DNA of 20,000 nt from an uncultured virus (IMG/VR IMGVR_UViG_3300005823_000001) (Duplodnaviria; Heunggongvirae; Uroviricota; Caudoviricetes). Every line of letters begins with the position of its first letter. The first letter of the stretch is position 1. The notes under the pieces were generated by a model. That model was not told where the DNA came from. It did no database searches and saw only the letters and a program-made list of their open reading frames with translations. Where the stretch lies: the IMG/VR virus record IMGVR_UViG_3300005823_000001; one strand, written 5' to 3'. Below are positions 8,787-14,300 of this stretch, one piece after another. The position numbers and the translations under genes are program-made.

Positions 8787-9274
8787 TACGCGCCTGCCTG
8801 CTCTAGCTGGTCTACCAAGTCCCACCTAGCCCAAACGAGCATAGGCCGATTCGTGTACCCTTGTAGCTCTGTCCACCGCATCTGTGACTCGGACGCTGTA
8901 CGGACTAGAGCCGGTACACCATCGTCATCGGCCCGCCATGAGTAGTACTTAGTAGGCTCTCCTGGCTTCTGGTAGTAAGAGTCCATTGGCTTCCTAGGGT
9001 TACCAGCAGGGAAGGTTGCCTGTATGATGTGCCCTGCGGTATTCCATGCTATCTGGTCGGCCTTGTACGATGGCTGGTCATCGCACCCTACAACCGCATG
9101 TAGCTTGTAAACGTAGGTCTTTCGCCTACTTGTGCGCTCCGGCTGTGTGCCACCATCACGTAGGCAACCATGGTTCTTGCCATTACAGCTACACCGGCAG
9201 ATATCCTCTCTGGCATGCCAGCAAGCGTCCCCACAAGTATGTGCGTACATCAGCGCTTCTGTAATAGGATTCAC
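8786..9274 (-). CDS. Cys-rich phage protein (CxxxCxxAxxxxCxCxCxGxNHG), first gene of the early operon
   Basis: GTG start with AGGAGGT RBS (9278-9284). TCGDACWHAREDICRCSCNGKNHG. Directly downstream of the leftward sigma-70 promoter. Confidence 0.8.
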   Translation of the reverse strand: MNPITEALMYAHTCGDACWHAREDICRCSCNGKNHGCLRDGGTQPERTSRRKTYVYKLHAVVGCDDQPSYKADQIAWNTAGHIIQATFPAGNPRKPMDSYYQKPGEPTKYYSWRADDDGVPALVRTASESQMRWTELQGYTNRPMLVWARWDLVDQLEQAGA

Positions 9275-9311
9275 GTTACCTCCTAGCTGCTATATCCTAC
9301 TCGCTACAGAT

Positions 9312-9340
9312 ATTATCCTCCACTTTACCCCACAAGTCAA
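9312..9340 (-). promoter_or_regulatory. Leftward sigma70/sigmaA-type promoter
   Basis: TTGACT (9340-9335)-17 nt-GATAAT (9317-9312), with A-rich upstream sequence. Confidence 0.85.
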
Positions 9341-9389
9341 GTTTTTCCTCTGTACGAGTGGATTTTTCTTCCAAATTTCTTTTGGCTGT

Positions 9390-9830
9390 ATCCTCTATCT
9401 CATGCTTGAGGGTACAATGGCCCCCTAGGAAAGAGGGTCACTGTACACCAGCTTGAGGTATACAATCCGGTGCTTTCAACCGGACGGCCTTATCTCCATA
9501 TCTCAGCTGAGGAATTGTCTCGTTTCCGATGGAGTGCTGCCCAGGTCTGCCATTACCAGCTATTCAGCCGTGGCCTCAACAGGACGGCTTCTACCCGTAG
9601 GCGACTAGATAGTGTCTGGGGTGTCCAGGTCAGTTACTCACGTAGCCCCTGGCTCCCTGGCCTAAGGGATACCGAATCCTACGGTCTACCGGTAAACCGG
9701 CTCATTATGTCAGCTAGCATCGGCCAAGCTAGCTTGATAGGGAGAGGCGGCCCCGCCGCTAACCGCCTCTCCCCTAACCAGGAGGTAACGGAGGGTATAT
9801 GGGGGTGCGGCCACTTCATCCATGCCCTCC
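9390..9830 (-). ncRNA. Putative structured non-coding RNA or long structured leader (family unrecognised)
   Basis: About 10 adjacent stem-loops fill a region lacking a credible long gene. The first hairpin begins 7 nt downstream of the CATAAT of motif copy B. The strand is inferred from the promoter; G-U pair polarity is mixed. Confidence 0.55.
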
Positions 9831-9873
9831 ATTCTAATTATGACAGGTTTTGCAGCCGGTCGCCGCCAATTTT
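9825..9873 (-). promoter_or_regulatory. Bipartite promoter-like motif, copy B (AAAATTGGCGGCGA-N17-CATAATTAGAATGGAGGG)
   Basis: Near-identical to copy A in both blocks. Also an extended -10 (TGtCATAAT, 9845-9837). Lies back-to-back with the rightward promoter. Confidence 0.75.
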
Positions 9874-9883
9874 GGAGAAAGAT

Positions 9884-9912
9884 TTGACTTTTCTTGCGAG
9901 GTGAGGCATAAT
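9884..9912 (+). promoter_or_regulatory. Rightward sigma70/sigmaA-type promoter 1
   Basis: TTGACT (9884-9889)-17 nt-CATAAT (9907-9912), followed by GTGAGG and ATG 9932. Confidence 0.85.
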
Positions 9913-9931
9913 ATATGGTGAGGGTAGTTAT

Positions 9932-10210
9932 ATGGTGCTACAAATGACTAGGGAGCGTAAGCGGAAAAGGGGTACTCCTAAGGGTACACGGCTATCTCGT
10001 GCTCATCGTGATGCTATAAGTCGCGGTATGAAACGTAATAAGCAATTTATGGAGGCAATACAAGGCCCGCGTAATGACGATTGGCGAGCTAAGATAGCTG
10101 CATCCTCACAAGTGAATAAGGATGAAAACCCTAAGGAATGGGAGCGCTTATACAAGCGTCACCTGGCCCGCCTCCGGCTCCTACGGCTTGCTGAGGAGCA
10201 GGCTAACTAA
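9932..10210 (+). CDS. Small basic protein with NUMOD3-like motifs
   Basis: KGTRLSRAHRDAISRGMK and PRNDDWRAKIAAS resemble NUMOD3 (G...S.E.R.KIS..MK). Has its own promoter and RBS. Confidence 0.7.
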   Translation: MVLQMTRERKRKRGTPKGTRLSRAHRDAISRGMKRNKQFMEAIQGPRNDDWRAKIAASSQVNKDENPKEWERLYKRHLARLRLLRLAEEQAN

Positions 10211-10246
10211 ATACGATAGTCTATCGCGTTTCTCCTTTCTGGTGTT

Positions 10247-10285
10247 AAGTGGCCTAGTTGGTCGAGCTAGGCCACTTGACTTTTC
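10247..10285 (+). terminator. 11-bp perfect hairpin, possible intrinsic terminator or operator overlapping the next -35
   Basis: AAGTGGCCTAG (10247-10257) / CTAGGCCACTT (10267-10277), followed by GACTTTT. Confidence 0.5.
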
Positions 10286-10304
10286 CGGTGAAGTCCATCA
10301 TAAT
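10276..10304 (+). promoter_or_regulatory. Rightward sigma70/sigmaA-type promoter 2
   Basis: TTGACT (10276-10281)-17 nt-CATAAT (10299-10304), followed by a GGAGGTG RBS. Confidence 0.85.
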
Positions 10305-10326
10305 ATAAATCGGAGGTGAACACTAT

Positions 10327-10518
10327 ATGAGAATGATGTGGAATAGTGGTTTTGAAACCGGCCCCAGCCCAGGCCCCACTCGTATCAAGGTAGCTAAAGG
10401 CAAAGTGCCTATACTCCAAGCTACTGTGCTAACGGATGATGATATATGGGACACCATTTGGTCATCCGGCCCGCGTAATATCTGGATAGTGCATAACCCA
10501 CATCCTAAGTGGGGATAG
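10327..10518 (+). CDS. Small hypothetical protein
   Basis: GGAGGTG RBS (10312-10318), ATG 10327, directly downstream of promoter 2. Confidence 0.7.
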   Translation: MRMMWNSGFETGPSPGPTRIKVAKGKVPILQATVLTDDDIWDTIWSSGPRNIWIVHNPHPKWG

Positions 10519-10526
10519 GAGATAGC

Positions 10527-10994
10527 ATGAAAAAGAAGGAAGCTATAGAGGCCCTCCGGCAAGCTGAGCGCCGGTTGAGAGCCATCAAAGATGAGCAGGA
10601 TAGCCTTAGCTATGAGCATGATGGGATGTGGGAGACTATCTACCGGTGCTTTGACGCCATAGAGGGTGCCGGTCAACCGGCCCGTTTCCTTACTGAAGAG
10701 GGAATGGTATTAGCCAGAGAGCTAGCCCGTCATCCTCAGGATGGCCGCATAGACCTTAAGGCCCTGGCCGCAAAGCTTACACCTGAACAATGGAAGGCTG
10801 TAACCCGTACTGAGCGGGTATTCGATGAAGGTCGCCTCAATAAGGCGGTCGAAAAGGGTATAGTGCCTCTCGCGCTAGTAGAGGGCTCTGTCCTCAGTAA
10901 GGCACCGGTGCCACGTCGCATACATAAGACGTGTACCAAAGATGAGGCTGAGCAGCTACAGTCTCAAGGCCGCCTGCTGCGAATCGTAGCTTAG
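10527..10994 (+). CDS. Hypothetical phage protein (N-terminal coiled coil)
   Basis: The likely start is ATG 10527 with AGGAGA (10517-10522). Protein-like composition. Confidence 0.75.
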   Translation: MKKKEAIEALRQAERRLRAIKDEQDSLSYEHDGMWETIYRCFDAIEGAGQPARFLTEEGMVLARELARHPQDGRIDLKALAAKLTPEQWKAVTRTERVFDEGRLNKAVEKGIVPLALVEGSVLSKAPVPRRIHKTCTKDEAEQLQSQGRLLRIVA

Positions 10995-11008
10995 TAAGGG
11001 GAGCAACC

Positions 11009-11653
11009 TTGCGTGTATGGATAGGTATCCTATCTTTAAGTATTGTCATACTAGCAGCTATAGTAATAGCAGGAGAGTATAGTGGAGAACCTAGAGCCTC
11101 GCTGGATGGGCCTGATAATAGTGGTATCGTGTTCCGTCGGGATTATCCTGATAGGGGCAGCTATAGAACTGCTGATATCCTGGTATGGGAAGCGAAAATG
11201 GCAACGCCTATACCAACGATTAAGGCGGCCTCGCTAACACCTACAGTATTCGATTTCCACACCCAAACCCCTGTTATAGCATCCTCTTATGGCCCATATT
11301 ATGATGAGGTAGTATGGATTACCCACTACCTCTGCATAGGTGACAGCACCGGTATATATTGCCCTACCTGGATGTGTGATACATGCAACCTTACTAGGTG
11401 GGGAGCAGAAGTAGGGCCATATGTAGCAGCCTGCGATCCGGCGAGGAAGCTATGGCAATTCGAGCTATTCGGTGATGTATTCACCTGCTGGGATACCGGC
11501 TCAATGGTATGGGGAGCGCATGTGGATATTTGGTGCTACGATTTTGACCACTTTGGAGTGCCAGGTACGCCTGAGTACGAGCTACCTTGCCCGCCGGTTA
11601 CTAATGCTGCCTATGAGAGGGTTATTTGGAAGATACCTACTGAGGCTCAGTAA
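11009..11653 (+). CDS. Membrane-anchored/secreted 3D-domain (double-psi barrel, lytic transglycosylase-like) protein
   Basis: N-terminal hydrophobic helix. ITHY...T.WG...VAACDP...WDTGSMVWGAHVDIW contains the three Asp of 3D domains. TTG start with AAGGGGAG RBS. Confidence 0.75.
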   Translation: MRVWIGILSLSIVILAAIVIAGEYSGEPRASLDGPDNSGIVFRRDYPDRGSYRTADILVWEAKMATPIPTIKAASLTPTVFDFHTQTPVIASSYGPYYDEVVWITHYLCIGDSTGIYCPTWMCDTCNLTRWGAEVGPYVAACDPARKLWQFELFGDVFTCWDTGSMVWGAHVDIWCYDFDHFGVPGTPEYELPCPPVTNAAYERVIWKIPTEAQ

Positions 11654-12350
11654 CAGTATACCCCATCGCCTTTAGTCGCCATATATAGTGCTTAGCGGCC
11701 TTGAGAAACGGAGGCCCTTGTATACTAGGGTCATCCTCGTAGTGCTTGAGCCATCCCTCATTATCTGCTCGTATCTCGTCCTTTTCTTGCTCTAGCTCAA
11801 TTCCCCGCTCTAATTTCTTTATACGCTCTTCCCAATTCGACATAGGCTCTTCTCCTATATTGTCTAGCTCTGGCACCCATTCTTGCCACCTATTACCAGG
11901 ACAGGCCGTACCATGTCCAGGTAGAGCCCAATCCCTATGGCCCTTGACCGGCACTCGCCGCTCTAGCTCCCAGCGCCACTTCTGCACTAAGGCCCTAGCT
12001 GTCTCCATCGCCGCCGGTGTAGGCAAATCGTTCTGGAGATTTCCTACAAAGGCGAAAGATAGTATCTCGTGATTACGAGAGGCGACACCGGCCCGCTGCT
12101 GAATGATAGACCCACATATGTAGCCTCTGCCGGACATGAATACTAGGGCTGTATAACCAATGCCTCCCCACAACCTAGGAGCCGTATTATGAAAGAGGTT
12201 GATGAATTTGATATGATTTAGCTCATCCTCTACTGTCGGGTTAACCCGCATATAGAAGCTGACGGTATGATGGGCTCCGATGCCTATAATACCATCGGGA
12301 TTCCTAGTATCGTAACCTGCGTCAACGATGGTGCTTACATCTGCGAACAT
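11637..12350 (-). CDS. Endolysin, N-acetylmuramoyl-L-alanine amidase (Amidase_2/PGRP-like)
   Basis: GIGAHHT, WGGIGY, FVGN, VKGHRDW and TACPG Zn-amidase motifs. Located in the lysis cassette. Confidence 0.9.
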   Translation of the reverse strand: MFADVSTIVDAGYDTRNPDGIIGIGAHHTVSFYMRVNPTVEDELNHIKFINLFHNTAPRLWGGIGYTALVFMSGRGYICGSIIQQRAGVASRNHEILSFAFVGNLQNDLPTPAAMETARALVQKWRWELERRVPVKGHRDWALPGHGTACPGNRWQEWVPELDNIGEEPMSNWEERIKKLERGIELEQEKDEIRADNEGWLKHYEDDPSIQGPPFLKAAKHYIWRLKAMGYTVTEPQ

Positions 12351-12356
12351 CGTGGA

Positions 12357-12860
12357 TCACCCCAAAATCGGTGCTTTCTTATCTAGGCTAACTGGCTCCA
12401 TATATCCTTTTCCACAATGGGGGCAAATCAAATCCGATGTACGTTGTCCATATCTAATTGGGTTAATCCATAGCTCCAGATTTTCTAGCCGGTTATCAGC
12501 CTTGTTGCCATTCTTGTGATGTACCGATTCACCCTTACGTAGAGGCCGTCCTAATATATGAGTCATTACTACACGGTGTTCCTCAATAGCTACGCCGTCA
12601 AAGAACCTAATGTACATATAGCCTCTACCGTCTCGGAAACGGTCGTGTCGTGGCAATTTGCGTACACGGTTGTAAGCGTTTTGCCTCCATCGTCGCCTCA
12701 GGCACTTTCGGCAGTAGACACCCATTAGGGTTTCTACTTCCATACCGCAATCTAAGCAAGTGGCTATTTTATATCCACGCTCTGCTCGTAATCGTTGTAC
12801 ACAATCCGAGCAGTATATATAACACGATGTTGCTATGCCGCATTCTCGGCACTCTTTCAT
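12357..12860 (-). CDS. HNH (HNH_3-type) homing endonuclease with CxxC zinc ribbons
   Basis: [38 protein letters not shown]; four N-terminal CxxC and one C-terminal CPHC; GAGGAGG RBS. Confidence 0.9.
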   Translation of the reverse strand: MKECRECGIATSCYIYCSDCVQRLRAERGYKIATCLDCGMEVETLMGVYCRKCLRRRWRQNAYNRVRKLPRHDRFRDGRGYMYIRFFDGVAIEEHRVVMTHILGRPLRKGESVHHKNGNKADNRLENLELWINPIRYGQRTSDLICPHCGKGYMEPVSLDKKAPILG

Positions 12861-12952
12861 CTACGCCCTCCTCAGAAGTGGGATTTAGCGGCCCTGAGCG
12901 CCAAATCTGGGCCTTCCGGCGATGAAATCAGTGTCAACCCCTAGCCCCATTT

Positions 12953-13198
12953 CTAGCCGGTCGTCCGCTTTATAGCCCAAAAAGCCAAGGCTCCACCGGC
13001 AACGGCCCTAACCAGACCACCGCCTATATTGACTAGCCATTCCTTCCAGTCGGTAATCACTGTAGGGTCAAATTGTACCAGGATTTCCAGTACGAAGATG
13101 CACCCCGCCACCAGACCAGCCATCAGCAATTCAGCTACAAGCCGGAAATTGTACTGGCTGATATCCTGTACACCCTCGTCTAGCTTTTTAGGTAGCAT
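12953..13198 (-). CDS. Putative holin (2 hydrophobic segments, basic C-terminus)
   Basis: LVAELLMAGLVAGCIFVLEILV and WLVNIGGGLVRAVAGGALAFWAI; upstream of the endolysin; GGGAGG RBS. Confidence 0.65.
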   Translation of the reverse strand: MLPKKLDEGVQDISQYNFRLVAELLMAGLVAGCIFVLEILVQFDPTVITDWKEWLVNIGGGLVRAVAGGALAFWAIKRTTG

Positions 13199-13217
13199 AA
13201 CATCCCTCCCTCTACAA

Positions 13218-13277
13218 GCCTGAGCGGGTATACACCATAGGGGGAGTATGGTGCGCCTTTCGCGTACCCGCTCAGGC
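13218..13277 (-). promoter_or_regulatory. Three-way-junction RNA element upstream of the holin
   Basis: A perfect 13-bp closing stem GCCTGAGCGGGTA/TACCCGCTCAGGC encloses a 7-bp hairpin (CACCATA/TATGGTG) and a 3-bp hairpin. Confidence 0.65.
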
Positions 13278-13289
13278 CGTCACCCCCTG

Positions 13290-13496
13290 CTAATATAAGC
13301 GGCCTGCTAAAATAGCTACAGAAGCCAGAACAACTGGTATTGCCCATCTAAGGAGGCTAATCATACCATTCATCTTGTCTAGCCGTGTTTCTATAGAATC
13401 GAGGCGACCTTTGACATGTACTATGTCTTCATCTAAGCGCTTATTTAGACCCTCGCACATCTCCTTAAGTATAGCGGTAGCTGATTTTCCTGGCAT
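13290..13496 (-). CDS. Small coiled-coil protein with C-terminal TM helix (XhlA-like lysis accessory)
   Basis: VKGRLDSIETRLDKMNG heptads, then LLRWAIPVVLASVAILAG. AAGGAG RBS. Confidence 0.7.
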   Translation of the reverse strand: MPGKSATAILKEMCEGLNKRLDEDIVHVKGRLDSIETRLDKMNGMISLLRWAIPVVLASVAILAGRLY

Positions 13497-13508
13497 GTAT
13501 AGTACTCC

Positions 13509-14297
13509 TTACTTGGCGGTAAAGAATTTATATCCTATAGCAGTTTGTATCTCATCTCCAGGCCCCCAATTAGGGCTCTCCGGTATCCAGATGGAGCCGC
13601 CGGTATGCTCTAATATACAGCTTGGGAAGTTATACAAGCGTCCGGTCATTACACACATAGGGCCATGAGTGGAGCCGGTGCAGGGTATAAGGGCTAAATT
13701 GTGCATTAGCTCATGCATTACGGCTCCATAGGCCCTATTAGCTGTCCAGAAGCCATCTACGCCATCTCCTGTCTCGTGGTTAGTGATGGCCTCTATACCC
13801 ATCGTCATAAAGAAGGATATACCAGGCACACGCATAAAGCCAAGTCTACCTGGTACTTGGCCCTCCGTCTGGCCGAACCAATCACCTCCTACAGTGCCAT
13901 ATAGGTTAAGCTCGTTGGTAGGATCATCGAGGAAGATATACCAGGCGTTATGGCCATCGAAATTACAGTACCCGCTATCCTTTAGACGATTCACTATAGA
14001 TAGCAGGCTGTAGCCCTTAGATGGGCCTGGTATTTGAGCAGCATGTAGCTTCCAGTTAGGAATCTGTATACTAAACTTGTTCAGCCATCCGTTTATCCTA
14101 CCAGGAATCTTAGCCAAGCCGCTTTTGTATTCGGTCTTGGGCTCACGGTCAAAAGCTACCACTATGAGGTTAACGGTATAAGCGTTTTCGCTAGATGTTG
14201 TTGGCCAAGCCTGTCTTAGCTGGCCTATAGTGGTTAGCTTAGCCGCCTCAAATGTAGCTGCTATTTGCGCTTCTAGCTTCTCCAAGTCAGTAGGCAT
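13509..14297 (-). CDS. Putative zincin metallopeptidase
   Basis: YGAVMHELMHNLAL (HExxH) followed by a CVM Met-turn-like motif. Confidence 0.65.
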   Translation of the reverse strand: MPTDLEKLEAQIAATFEAAKLTTIGQLRQAWPTTSSENAYTVNLIVVAFDREPKTEYKSGLAKIPGRINGWLNKFSIQIPNWKLHAAQIPGPSKGYSLLSIVNRLKDSGYCNFDGHNAWYIFLDDPTNELNLYGTVGGDWFGQTEGQVPGRLGFMRVPGISFFMTMGIEAITNHETGDGVDGFWTANRAYGAVMHELMHNLALIPCTGSTHGPMCVMTGRLYNFPSCILEHTGGSIWIPESPNWGPGDEIQTAIGYKFFTAK

Positions 14298-14300
14298 GCA

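Noticed and set aside
9507..9534. CTGAGGA resembling a hammerhead CUGANGA core
   Set aside because: The required GAAA after stem II is absent (GGAG instead).
9666..9680. T-arm-like hairpin suggesting a tRNA or tmRNA
   Set aside because: The loop does not fit TTCRA, and there is no cloverleaf or CCA acceptor end.
9470..9904. 144-aa plus-strand ORF (and 9132-9428) across the control region
   Set aside because: No convincing promoter, a non-protein-like Ser/Arg/Gly-rich composition, and overlap with promoters and hairpins.
12932..12937. Perfect TTGACA on the minus strand upstream of the HNH gene
   Set aside because: There is no -10 hexamer at 16-18 nt spacing.
12350..12953. Group I intron around the HNH gene
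   Set aside because: The flanking non-coding sequence is too short (6 and 92 nt), there is no P7 core, and both neighbouring genes look intact.
13196..13203. Lambda-type dual-start holin/antiholin
   Set aside because: The second nearby ATG (13203) is out of frame with the holin.
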